From a virus (taxonomy: Duplodnaviria; Caudoviricetes): a stretch of DNA of 48,733 nucleotides. Under the pieces are notes generated by a model. That model did not search any database and was not told the DNA's origin. It saw only the letters and a program-made list of their open reading frames with translations. Each line of letters opens with the position of its first letter. The first letter of the stretch is position 1. Shown here in pieces: positions 36,768 to 45,808 of the stretch. A program made the translations under genes and the position numbers. Location: positions 1-48,733 of the IMG/VR virus record IMGVR_UViG_3300037483_001802; one strand, 5' to 3'.

Positions 36768-37270
36768 GTTATGAGGAAGCAATAAAAGAAGCGTATGCGA
36801 GTGCGCCTACAAATATTGTTATTCTTCATACGATAACGGTTTCTCATCCTGCATTTTCTGTACCGATCCGCGTGGTAAGGGATAATCGGCAACACCACCT
36901 TGATGCGGTGGATTATCAACCGTTCAGTTTTGATTTTAAGCTCGCTGACATTTCAGATGACGGTGTTTCAGAGATTATTATCACAATGGATAATGTCTCT
37001 GGAGATATTGAGGCGAATATTGAGCTTGCTGTTGGAAGTAGTGATCATATCACGGTCACTTATCGACCGTATTTGTTTGATCTTGACACCGGCACGCAAC
37101 CTGTCGGCGCGACTGGTTGCCAGATGAATCCGCCGTTGGCGATGAAGGTGAAATCAATTAATGCGAACGTTTTTCAAATTTCTATGCGGGCAAGTTTTAA
37201 CGATATCGTTAATCGGCCATTCCCGCCTAATGTTTATACCGTGGAAAAATTCCCCGGGTTGGTGACGTGA
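36764..37270 (+). CDS. DUF1833-like minor tail protein
   Basis: AIKEAYASAP, HPAF, DNV, VTYRPYL, FPGL. Confidence 0.85.
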   Translation: MSYEEAIKEAYASAPTNIVILHTITVSHPAFSVPIRVVRDNRQHHLDAVDYQPFSFDFKLADISDDGVSEIIITMDNVSGDIEANIELAVGSSDHITVTYRPYLFDLDTGTQPVGATGCQMNPPLAMKVKSINANVFQISMRASFNDIVNRPFPPNVYTVEKFPGLVT

Positions 37271-37710
37271 TGGGTGCCGTGGTTGCAAACGAGTTCGAAA
37301 AATATATTGGGTTGCCGTGGCGAAAGGACGCTGTTGGTCCTGATGCGTTCAATTGTGGGACGTTTATGCGGCATATCCAACTTGAACATTTCGGGCGTGT
37401 TGTCCCTGTTAGCTTTGTGAACGAGGATCAGCTTTTGCAGGTTGCTCGGGTGATCCGTGGAGCTATTGAAAAAGCACTTGGAAACGGGTGGGTAGAGGTC
37501 AGCGGGCCATGCCATGGCGATGTCGTTTTTATGGCGCATGTAAATCACCCTACTCATGTCGGTGTTTGGCTTGATGTCGATGGCGGCGGGGTGATTCATT
37601 GTGCGCGTGGTATGGGGGTTGTTTTTTCTAATTTGACCAATTTACGGCTTGCCGGGTGGGGGAATTTGACATTCTATCATTATGAAAGCTGCGATAATTC
37701 ACGTACATAG
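37267..37710 (+). CDS. NlpC/P60 tail assembly protein
   Basis: YIGLPW..GPDAFNC, HVGV, VIHC. Confidence 0.88.
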   Translation: MMGAVVANEFEKYIGLPWRKDAVGPDAFNCGTFMRHIQLEHFGRVVPVSFVNEDQLLQVARVIRGAIEKALGNGWVEVSGPCHGDVVFMAHVNHPTHVGVWLDVDGGGVIHCARGMGVVFSNLTNLRLAGWGNLTFYHYESCDNSRT

Positions 37711-40700
37711 TCCTTTTCAGCCTTTTCTTAATCCAAGGAAAGAACTTTTCGAGTTTGAAAAGTCGCAGTCTGTCAACCAAATCATCAAGGAATTCGGTAT
37801 TTCCTTTCAGTCGCCTACTTTTTGCGTCGTGAACGGTGTGGCGGTTTTACGGGAGCAATGGGATGACCCGGTTGTTGTTGATAGTGCGGCGGTAATTTTT
37901 GTTGCGCTTCCTCATGGTGGCGGAGACGGCGGATCTAACCCGTTGCGGGTTCTTGCGACGGTTGCGGTGATTGTGGTCGCTGCTTGGGTCGGGGGGCCTG
38001 CTGGGGTTGCAATGTTTGGTTCACAGTTTGGGGCAGCGGTCGCGGCTGCCGTAGTCGCCACTGCGGGGTCGATGCTGGTAAATATTCTGTTGCCGCCGCC
38101 TGCTACTCCAGGGGTGATGAGAGCGCAGTCAACCATCGGCCAAGCATCGCCGGTTTATAGCATTGACGGGCGGGGGAATTCAGCGCGGCTTGGTCAGCCA
38201 ATTCCTGTTATCTATGGCGAACATCCTGTCTTTCCTGATTATGCGGCTCAGCCATATTCTGTTTTTGATGATAATGATCAAATTCTGCATCAACTCTTTT
38301 GCATCGGCAGGGGCGATTATGATGTTTTGTCGCCAAAAATCGGCAGTGTTGATTTTGCGGATTTCACGACGGGGGTGTCTTATGTCGTTTATCACCCTGG
38401 AGAGCCTGTCTACGAATACCCACAGGCTGTCTATAACGCTGATCCTGCCGCACAAGAAATGGAGATGGGCACTCATACAAATGAGCTTATTGTTAATCCT
38501 GCAGGAACAACGATAAGTCGCATCAAGTGCGATTTTGTTTGTGGGCGAGGGTTGTATTACGCGAATGATAGCGGGGGGCTTAGCGAAAAAAGCGTAATTT
38601 TCGAGGTGTGGGGGAGGCGGGTTGATGATTCTGGGGACCCAATAGGTTCTGATTATGAACTTTTGGGTACTCGCATAATTACTGACGCGACAATCACGCC
38701 TATCAGAACGACATTCTGGTTCTTTGTCCCTTCCGGCCGATGGCAGGTGTATGCGCATAGGACCGACTTGGAAGATACATCACCTCGGGCGGGGCATAAA
38801 ATATATTTTACGGGGTTGACCGGGTTCAAGGTTGGTACCGCTGTTTATGCTGATGAAACTCTGGTTTACGTGCGTATGGTCGCGAGTGATGAGATTTCAT
38901 CGCTATCGCAAAGGCAGATAAATTTCACCGTAAGGCGGAAGTTGAGCGGCTGGGACGGTGCGGATCCATCTTTTACAAGGAATCCTGCTTATGCAATCAA
39001 GGATGCGATCAAGGAGGCTGGATTGTCTGACCTTGCTTTAAACAGTACTACGCTCAGCACTCTTGCGGCTACATGGGAAGCGCGGGGGGATTATTTTGAT
39101 GGGGTTTTTGATAGTCATGGTGTGTTGTTTGATACTATCAGCCAAATTGCGAGAGTAGGTAGGGCGAAGGCGTTTGTGCAGCTTGGCAAGTTTGATTTTG
39201 TGCGTGATGAATATGTTTCTTTGCCGGTTGCTCAATTTTCGCCTAGAAATATCAAGCGAGGAAGTTTTTCTATGGAATACCTTATCCCGAATGAGGAGAC
39301 GGCGGATGAGGTAACGCTTGAATATTTCGATAGAGATCGCCTTGTATGGCGGGAGGTCACGAGTGATGTTTATACTTCAAGCCCGGTTAAAAAAGCTAAG
39401 CTAAAGTTTTTTGGCTGTTGTGTCAGGGACCATGCGTACCGGGAAGCGTGTTATATGTCGGCGTGTAACCGGAAGAGGAGAACCATTGCAAGTTTTACGA
39501 CTGGACTTGAAGGGCATATCCCCGGCTTGTTGTCGTTGATCCTGGTTTGCCACCAGCAGGTTAATTGGGGGAGGGCTGGCGATGTGGTTGGATGGGATGG
39601 TGTTTCGTTGTTGATTACCGGAAGTGACGATTTCCAATGGGTTATTGGCGAGGATCATTTTATTGCCTTGAGGAAGCGTGACGGGTCCACGGTTGGGCCT
39701 ATCCAGGTATACCAGACTGTAAATGCGAATCAAGCGATTTTGGCTTCTTCCCCTGGCTTTACGCCTGATATCGGCGGGAATCGTGAAAATACTCAATATA
39801 TTTTCGGGAAGGGCGGCGAGGTTGGGCGAAAAATGCGGATCGTTGATATCAGGCCGCTTGATATGTCGTATGTGCAAATTGTTGCGGTCGGTGAGGATAA
39901 CGAGGTCCATACTGCTGACGGCGGGGCGGTCCCTGCGGAGCCTGCGGGATGGGAGTTGCCTGACCCTAGAGTTATTGAGCGGCCTAATATTGGGATGTTG
40001 TGGGTGGTGCAGACGGGTACGGTTGAAAATCCGATGCTCAATGTTTCATGGAATCCCGCGCCTGGCGCGAATTCTTATATTGTTGAATATTCTTATAGTA
40101 TGACCACATGGACACGGATAGGGGAGACTTCCGGGCGAGAAATTACTTTTTCGGTGCCTTATGGGTCAATCACTATCCGGGTTGCGGGGTATGGATTGAC
40201 GCGGGGTGATTGGCAGGTGTGGAGTGGTGTTGTCACTTCGGTTATCCCGCCTGGTGATGTGACGAATTTGGCGTTGATCAATAATAGCGATGGTAGGGCG
40301 TGGGCGGTGTCGTGGTCATCGGTTGCGCGGGCGGAGCGTTATCGGGTCCGGGTCGAGGTGGGCGGGGTTGTGAAGCGGGAGGTGCAAACAAAAGACCTGT
40401 TTTATAATTATACGTCCGATATGCAGACGGCTGATGGCGGGCCTTGGCGAAGCGTCACTTTTAAGGTTGTCGCGGTCAATGCTGGCGGCGAGTCTACCAA
40501 TGACGCGGTTTTGATTGTGACGAATGATGCGCCCACATTTCTGGGGTATGATCCAACAATAATTCCTCTTTATGAGGCGTTAAAAATTGATTGGAGCACG
40601 TTTTATCCTGGAGATATTGACTTGACCCATTTTGTCATTTATTGCGATACGGTTTCCCCGCCTGTCAGGATTGCGGGCGTTGCGGTTGGGGAAGCGAAAA

Positions 40701-41563
40701 GCGTTACTATTGACGGACTTGAGGCGGAAGTGGTCCATTATGTAAAAGTTGTTCCTTTTGATGCTTTCGGGCAGGGGGAGGAGTCGAATGTCGTTTCTGC
40801 TGAGCCTCTTGCGTATGGGGCGAGTGGAACGGCGTCTTCTATCGCGCAGAGCGTCGGTATTTCCGATAGCGAGGGGACGCAACAAGCTACTTTGGACGAG
40901 CTTTATAACCGGGTCTATGTGAGCGGCGGGCCTGCTTATGACCGTACTGGCACACCTGCAAATGATTTTTGGATTGAGTTTGATTTCGGCGTTGGGTTTC
41001 TTATCGATCTTGTCCAGGTCTATGTTAACAACGGCGGGGCGCGGGTGTATTGCGGGGTCGATGTTGACGGGCAAGATAATTGGCAATGGTTCGGGGCGAA
41101 TTCGAATGTCGACCATAGCTTGACTGACGGGACAATGCTTGCCAAGGCGGACCAGTCAACTGCTGCTGCTGCTTATTGGGAGTTGATTGCGGGGGAGAAT
41201 GTCGCGTTGTTGCCGCCTCGTATTCCGGGGAAGCGGTGCCGCCTGTTTCTCACTGGATCAAGTATGCCGGTTGCTCATCAAATCCATGAATTGCGGTTCG
41301 AGCGGCAGGTACACGCGGAGCAGATTTATGTGGAAAAGCTGGCCGCTTTGTCCACCGATTTGGGGGATATTACCGCTGGCACTCTGTTTATCGGGCCTAA
41401 GGACGCGATTGGCGATCCTACGGGCGCGGAATTCCGGGTTGATAATGACGGCACGGTGGTGATCAAATCAGCTCAAGGAGGGGATTATATGACGAATACA
41501 GGTAATGTTATAAAAATTTATGAGGACGACACTTTGCGGGTTGAAATCGGAGAGCTTTTATAA
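37682..41563 (+). CDS. Host-specificity / central tail tip protein (gpI+gpJ-like) with FnIII repeats
   Basis: N.ARLGQPIPVIYG, TRNPA, FnIII-like repeats, KLAALSTDLGDITAG. Confidence 0.92.
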   Translation: MKAAIIHVHSPFQPFLNPRKELFEFEKSQSVNQIIKEFGISFQSPTFCVVNGVAVLREQWDDPVVVDSAAVIFVALPHGGGDGGSNPLRVLATVAVIVVAAWVGGPAGVAMFGSQFGAAVAAAVVATAGSMLVNILLPPPATPGVMRAQSTIGQASPVYSIDGRGNSARLGQPIPVIYGEHPVFPDYAAQPYSVFDDNDQILHQLFCIGRGDYDVLSPKIGSVDFADFTTGVSYVVYHPGEPVYEYPQAVYNADPAAQEMEMGTHTNELIVNPAGTTISRIKCDFVCGRGLYYANDSGGLSEKSVIFEVWGRRVDDSGDPIGSDYELLGTRIITDATITPIRTTFWFFVPSGRWQVYAHRTDLEDTSPRAGHKIYFTGLTGFKVGTAVYADETLVYVRMVASDEISSLSQRQINFTVRRKLSGWDGADPSFTRNPAYAIKDAIKEAGLSDLALNSTTLSTLAATWEARGDYFDGVFDSHGVLFDTISQIARVGRAKAFVQLGKFDFVRDEYVSLPVAQFSPRNIKRGSFSMEYLIPNEETADEVTLEYFDRDRLVWREVTSDVYTSSPVKKAKLKFFGCCVRDHAYREACYMSACNRKRRTIASFTTGLEGHIPGLLSLILVCHQQVNWGRAGDVVGWDGVSLLITGSDDFQWVIGEDHFIALRKRDGSTVGPIQVYQTVNANQAILASSPGFTPDIGGNRENTQYIFGKGGEVGRKMRIVDIRPLDMSYVQIVAVGEDNEVHTADGGAVPAEPAGWELPDPRVIERPNIGMLWVVQTGTVENPMLNVSWNPAPGANSYIVEYSYSMTTWTRIGETSGREITFSVPYGSITIRVAGYGLTRGDWQVWSGVVTSVIPPGDVTNLALINNSDGRAWAVSWSSVARAERYRVRVEVGGVVKREVQTKDLFYNYTSDMQTADGGPWRSVTFKVVAVNAGGESTNDAVLIVTNDAPTFLGYDPTIIPLYEALKIDWSTFYPGDIDLTHFVIYCDTVSPPVRIAGVAVGEAKSVTIDGLEAEVVHYVKVVPFDAFGQGEESNVVSAEPLAYGASGTASSIAQSVGISDSEGTQQATLDELYNRVYVSGGPAYDRTGTPANDFWIEFDFGVGFLIDLVQVYVNNGGARVYCGVDVDGQDNWQWFGANSNVDHSLTDGTMLAKADQSTAAAAYWELIAGENVALLPPRIPGKRCRLFLTGSSMPVAHQIHELRFERQVHAEQIYVEKLAALSTDLGDITAGTLFIGPKDAIGDPTGAEFRVDNDGTVVIKSAQGGDYMTNTGNVIKIYEDDTLRVEIGELL

Positions 41564-42321
41564 TGGTTTGCGGGTTGAGGGTTTACGGGAAACCGGTCAG
41601 ATCGAGCGAGTTGTATATTGTCGGGTTTGAGGCGTTGGCGTGGTCCGGTGAGGCACCGCCTGGCGGGTGGAACCATGCATATCACCTTGGGTCTGAGGTT
41701 TGTTCTGGTAGTCGGCCCCCCGATTTGCCGACGATAGAAGCTCTTCCTGCTGAATGGTTTTGGCCTAATTTCGGTATTGTCGATGTTTTTTACAGTTGGG
41801 ATGATTTGGGGGTGTATCATTCGAGTTGTTTCGAGCGTGTTTATGATGAGCATAATAATCTTTTCCGTTGTGTCGGAGACAATGACACGGCATTTGGCGC
41901 ATTGCGAGAATGGTGTTATCTGGATGGGGAGGGAATCCCTATTCCTGGAAGTGGCGGGAGGATTCTTGACGGGTCTCATACTTGGGTCGAAAAGGAGTAT
42001 AGTTGCCCTGGGAATGTTGTCTTCACAACAGAGCGCAACGAGTGGTTCATTATTGATGCGTTTGAGGTTGTTTTCCCATTTATCGAGGATGCGGCTGGAT
42101 TTGAAGAGACGATTGTCATTAGAAAAAATTATGCGGGTAAATTGGTGTCGGAGATCCGGGCGAACTTTGTCGCGGGGGTGACGTTGCCGCGTGCTCTTGT
42201 GCGATTAATTGTTGATAATACGCTGAAGACTGTCAATGTCGTGAATGTGTCGTATGGCGTGATACCCACTGAAGAATACCAGGTAATAAAGGGTTTTGTC
42301 TATGTGTGGGGGAAAATCTGA
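41563..42321 (+). CDS. Tail-tip associated hypothetical protein
   Basis: TAATG coupling to J; GLRVY start. Confidence 0.65.
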   Translation: MVCGLRVYGKPVRSSELYIVGFEALAWSGEAPPGGWNHAYHLGSEVCSGSRPPDLPTIEALPAEWFWPNFGIVDVFYSWDDLGVYHSSCFERVYDEHNNLFRCVGDNDTAFGALREWCYLDGEGIPIPGSGGRILDGSHTWVEKEYSCPGNVVFTTERNEWFIIDAFEVVFPFIEDAAGFEETIVIRKNYAGKLVSEIRANFVAGVTLPRALVRLIVDNTLKTVNVVNVSYGVIPTEEYQVIKGFVYVWGKI

Positions 42322-43949
42322 TGAGTCAGGGGATGCGTTTGGTGAGACCTGATGGGGCTGTTTTCGAGTTCGGAGAATATACTGTGTCGGCGTGTATCGG
42401 GAATGCTTTTTTTGTCAGTTCTGAGTCCACGCCCCAGCGTGCTTTTTATCGTAGCTCTGCTATTGACCCTGCGGTTTATCCGCCTGAATTTATTAGGGCG
42501 GCGGTCCCTTTGGTGTTTGTTGAGGCTGCGAGTAGAAATGAATGCGGTCTTTATTTCCGCCAACCTTCACCGCAGTCTTATGTCATAGAAAACTTAAAGA
42601 AGGATAAAAATGTTATCACCTTTGAATTGACTGGACCCGACACGAATGACGGAAGTGCTGCGTATTGGGATGCGATCATTTTTTTAGTTGCTTATCGTGG
42701 TTCTTTGCCCGAACTCGGGCAGGGGTGGGGAATAAGGGTAAGAAACGGCGCGGGTGATTTGGTTATAAATACGCAATGGGCGTTTTCCCCTCTTCAGGTT
42801 GATGCGTGTGGTGCTGTTGATGTTGATTTCGGCGTCGGCGTTTCTATCCCGGATGCCGGAATCCCATATATTAGTTTTCCCACATCTGTCTATGTCGATA
42901 CAACGGCCTACGATCCGGTGGTCACTGACCCCTATAATGATTGGGCGGTGTATCAAAATGTCTTAGCTCCTGTTTTCTGCACTGACAGCGACATGGTTTA
43001 TTTTGATTATTGGCAGGATAACTTGCCTGCTTGGGTTTGGCCTTACAACGAGCCTTATCCTCATTGGGATGATGCGGTATTCCCTGAGTGTAATTTTCAA
43101 ACGGGATATGAACCAACTTTGAAAGGGATAGGGGGTGTCGTCGCTGCGATTAATGCGGCTTATTATACGGACGACATGAGCAAACCACTTTTTATTTATT
43201 TTTACGGGAACGAACTTGTTTCCAACCATGATTTTTCTGATGGACCTGTCGAGTGGGATTTTAGTAGCCAACTTGATTATATTGTTGACGGGACGAGGCA
43301 GTACGGCAGGACTAAGCTCAATGCCGTTTTGTCCCGGTTTATAGATGTTGAGCCGAATACTTTATATGAAGTGAGGCATAGTGTTTTCACTGCTTACGGT
43401 CGGGCGGAATGCAAGATCCGCAATGATGCGGGGGCGGATATTTTATCTTTGGTTGCCAATTTAGGCGATCCTGCTGATTTGGCGACGGTATATTTTACTA
43501 CGGGCGGCAGCGCGGCGCGGATAGAAATATACCATCAGGCTGAGTCTGACATTTCCGCCTATCTTTATCATGTTTCCGTCAAGAGGGCGGATGAGTTTGT
43601 CGAAAATATATCGAGCGTGGAGCTTGCTGTAAATAACAACCCTGGGGCGGTTGCGTATCCTGCTGAACTTGACCACCGTACAGGGGCGATTGCCGGGAAA
43701 ATGTATAGGGTTTCGCTTGATCTTGAGGTGTCGAGTTTTGAGTATCCGCGGCAGAACAGTGTTAAGGTTGTCACATTGCCGAGTGGGGTTATTCATTCGT
43801 ATTTTGTTAATTATTTGGCACTCGATGAGAGTCATGTTTTTGATATTGTGATCCCTGCGGGGGACAATGAGATTCAGTTTTATTCTGCCCCTATCTGGAT
43901 TTCCGTTGCGAATATCTCAGTAAGAGAAGTCACATCCCGCTCTTATTAA
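42321..43949 (+). CDS. Tail-tip / receptor-binding candidate with CBM-like C-terminal domains
   Basis: TGATG coupling; WGIRVRNGAGDLV; ELVSNHDFSDG..W. Confidence 0.65.
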   Translation: MSQGMRLVRPDGAVFEFGEYTVSACIGNAFFVSSESTPQRAFYRSSAIDPAVYPPEFIRAAVPLVFVEAASRNECGLYFRQPSPQSYVIENLKKDKNVITFELTGPDTNDGSAAYWDAIIFLVAYRGSLPELGQGWGIRVRNGAGDLVINTQWAFSPLQVDACGAVDVDFGVGVSIPDAGIPYISFPTSVYVDTTAYDPVVTDPYNDWAVYQNVLAPVFCTDSDMVYFDYWQDNLPAWVWPYNEPYPHWDDAVFPECNFQTGYEPTLKGIGGVVAAINAAYYTDDMSKPLFIYFYGNELVSNHDFSDGPVEWDFSSQLDYIVDGTRQYGRTKLNAVLSRFIDVEPNTLYEVRHSVFTAYGRAECKIRNDAGADILSLVANLGDPADLATVYFTTGGSAARIEIYHQAESDISAYLYHVSVKRADEFVENISSVELAVNNNPGAVAYPAELDHRTGAIAGKMYRVSLDLEVSSFEYPRQNSVKVVTLPSGVIHSYFVNYLALDESHVFDIVIPAGDNEIQFYSAPIWISVANISVREVTSRSY

Positions 43950-43960
43950 TTGCAACAAAT

Positions 43961-43978
43961 TATTATCCATGTATTATA
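43961..43978. promoter_or_regulatory. Operator-like site at the lysis cassette promoter
   Basis: TATTATCCATGTATTATA; TTGCAA at 43950. Confidence 0.7.
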
Positions 43979-44019
43979 GTTTTATGGTTATAAAACATTT
44001 ATACATGAGGTGGTCTATT

Positions 44020-44343
44020 ATGGATGTGGTGCATTATACGCTTACGGGCGCACAGGATTGGCCGATGCTCATTACTACTTTGAAATTGGTTCTTGGCTTG
44101 ATCGGCGGGTTGTTTTCTCTTGTTCTCGGGTTACTTAGTGCTTTCTGGTTGGATTTTAGAAAGCAGTTTTCTTCTCATGTTGTCGATGGTGAACAGCGGT
44201 GCGTGAGGTGCATTGACAGGATAGATGATGAGTTCAACAGCGTGTGGGATGCTATAGACTATTGTTTCCCAAGGGGAGAGGCGAAACCTAGCGATACGAG
44301 GCGACAAAGGGGGGGTGGTGATGAAATTAAAGGTAAAAGTTGA
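44020..44343 (+). CDS. Single-TM membrane protein (holin/antiholin-like)
   Basis: GAGG RBS, one TM segment, CVRC; first gene of the lysis cassette. Confidence 0.6.
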   Translation: MDVVHYTLTGAQDWPMLITTLKLVLGLIGGLFSLVLGLLSAFWLDFRKQFSSHVVDGEQRCVRCIDRIDDEFNSVWDAIDYCFPRGEAKPSDTRRQRGGGDEIKGKS

Positions 44344-44518
44344 TGAGAGTCAATGTGTTGCGTGCGGTAATTGTTACCAACTGTTTCAAAGGCTGGGCGG
44401 TAATTTCCCGCATGAAATTGTTGTTGATGAAGAGCGGGTTCGGGCGGTTGGAAATTTTCTGAACGTGACGGTCGAGGGGTGTTTCCTTGAGGCGTTGAAG
44501 GTGGAGGAAATTTTATGA
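44321..44518 (+). CDS. Single-cluster ferredoxin-like protein
   Basis: VKVDESQ-CVACGNC ... GCFLEALKVEE. Confidence 0.75.
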   Translation: MKLKVKVDESQCVACGNCYQLFQRLGGNFPHEIVVDEERVRAVGNFLNVTVEGCFLEALKVEEIL

Positions 44519-44928
44519 GTGATGATGCTCTGCTTATTGCGATGCTGATTAAGCACGAGGGGATAATGACTATCCCGTATCGATGCACAGCGGGAAAGCT
44601 TACGGTCGGCGTGGGGCGCAATCTTGATGATGTCGGGATTACACGGGATGAGGCTGTTTATTTGTTGAGGAATGATATTGCGAGGGTGAAGCTTGAGCTT
44701 GAGGTGGTCGTGCCTACTTTTCTTGAGTTGTCTCATGGGCGGCAGAATGTTCTTATTGATATGTGCTTCAATCTTGGGTTGTCAAGGTTCATCCTTTTTA
44801 AAAAAATGATTGCGGCGGTAATTGCTGGTGATTTCTCTACGGCTGCTGACGAGATGCTTGCCAGCAAATGGGCTGAGCAGGTCGGGAAGAGGGCAACAAC
44901 GTTAGCGATGATGATGAGGGAGGGTTGA
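44515..44928 (+). CDS. Endolysin, T4-type lysozyme (GH24)
   Basis: HEG..PYRCTAGKLTVGVGRNL, MCFNLG, SKWAEQVGKRA. Confidence 0.93.
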   Translation: MSDDALLIAMLIKHEGIMTIPYRCTAGKLTVGVGRNLDDVGITRDEAVYLLRNDIARVKLELEVVVPTFLELSHGRQNVLIDMCFNLGLSRFILFKKMIAAVIAGDFSTAADEMLASKWAEQVGKRATTLAMMMREG

Positions 44929-44931
44929 GGT

Positions 44932-45405
44932 ATGGCTTTTGATTTTACCGGGTTGGGGTCTATCGCTGATCTTGCAAAGGGGTTGGTTGATCGTTTTCTT
45001 CCGCCTGCAGCGACCGAGGCGGAAAAGATGCAGGCGCAGATCCAGGTGCAGGAGATGCTTGACCGGCGTGAAAGTTCGGTGCTTGAGGCCCAGAGGTCGG
45101 TGATGGTCGCGGAGATGCAACAGGCTGATGAGTTCACCAAGCGGGCGCGTCCTTCTATCGTGTATTTTGGTCTTGCGGCAATCGGGCTTGTGCATGTAAT
45201 ATTACCTATGGTTGCGTGGGTTTTCCTTGCAGCAAACGGCAAGCCGCTTACTGATATGCCGGATATTCAGTTGCCGAGCGATTTCTGGCTTACATGGGGC
45301 GGCGTGTGTTCGATATGGGTGATTGGCAGGAGCGTTGAAAAGAGGGGTGTTGCCGGTGTTGTTGGCCGGGTTGCTGGCGCGGTTACTGGTGGCAAGCATG
45401 GATGA
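44932..45405 (+). CDS. 3TM (GTA-type) holin
   Basis: AEMQQAD.FTKRARP, TM segments, GRSVEK. Confidence 0.85.
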   Translation: MAFDFTGLGSIADLAKGLVDRFLPPAATEAEKMQAQIQVQEMLDRRESSVLEAQRSVMVAEMQQADEFTKRARPSIVYFGLAAIGLVHVILPMVAWVFLAANGKPLTDMPDIQLPSDFWLTWGGVCSIWVIGRSVEKRGVAGVVGRVAGAVTGGKHG

Positions 45406-45610
45406 GGGGGATTATGCTGCTGACTATGCGGAGCGGTTTAACAAGGACGCAATCGCAAGTGTTGTCCGTGGCGCGGGTAAAACATCCGGGCAAAGTTCCG
45501 ATGTCTGTCTTGAGTGCGGGGAGGATATCCCGGCGCGTCGTAAGATCGCAATTCCGGGGTGTAGCTTGTGCGTTTCGTGCCAGGTCGAAAAAGAGCGTTT
45601 GTGTGGGTGA
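45398..45610 (+). CDS. TraR/DksA C4-type zinc finger protein
   Basis: MDEGDYA, CLECGEDIPARR..PGCSLCVSCQ. Confidence 0.92.
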   Translation: MDEGDYAADYAERFNKDAIASVVRGAGKTSGQSSDVCLECGEDIPARRKIAIPGCSLCVSCQVEKERLCG

Positions 45611-45660
45611 TTTTGGGACTGGGTTGTGACAATGTGCGGAATCCCTTGCGGGACTTGGTT

Positions 45661-45715
45661 GAGCGGTGGCCTCCGAAGCCAAAGGTCGTGAGTTCGAATC
45701 TCATCCCGCCCACCA
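45661..45715 (+). other. attR core: 3' 55 nt of tRNA-Arg(CCG), not a complete tRNA
   Basis: Anticodon arm TGGC-CTCCGAA-GCCA, T arm GTGAG-TTCGAAT-CTCAT, CCCGCCC-A-CCA; no matching 5' acceptor strand upstream. Confidence 0.88.
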
Positions 45716-45727
45716 TTGAAAATACTG

Positions 45728-45758
45728 GGGATTCAGGGTTTTCCCGGGTCCCTTTTTT
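45728..45758 (+). terminator. Terminator after the tRNA fragment
   Basis: GGGATTCAGGG-TTTT-CCCGGGTCCC followed by T6. Confidence 0.7.
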
Positions 45759-45773
45759 CTTGCCTTAAAATCA

Positions 45774-45808
45774 ATTCCCCGCACTATTCCCCGCACTATT
45801 CCCCGCAC
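45774..45808. repeat. Three tandem 12-bp repeats ATTCCCCGCACT (integrase arm-site-like)
   Basis: Direct reading; the third copy is 11/12. Confidence 0.85.

Larger units (their letters stand above)
1..45715 (+). mobile_element. Temperate siphovirus-like prophage, right part; left end, integrase and repressor lie outside the window
   Basis: Co-oriented replication, terminase-portal-capsid, tail tube/tape measure/J-like and lysis genes ending at a tRNA 3' fragment. Confidence 0.95.

Noticed and set aside
41563-43949. Diversity-generating retroelement target or invertible tail-fibre cassette
   Set aside because: No reverse transcriptase, invertase, TR/VR pair or flanking inverted repeats seen in the window
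45639-45715. Complete tRNA-Arg gene
   Set aside because: The 5' acceptor strand (expected GGGCGGG) and the first D-stem strand are absent, so only the 3' part is present
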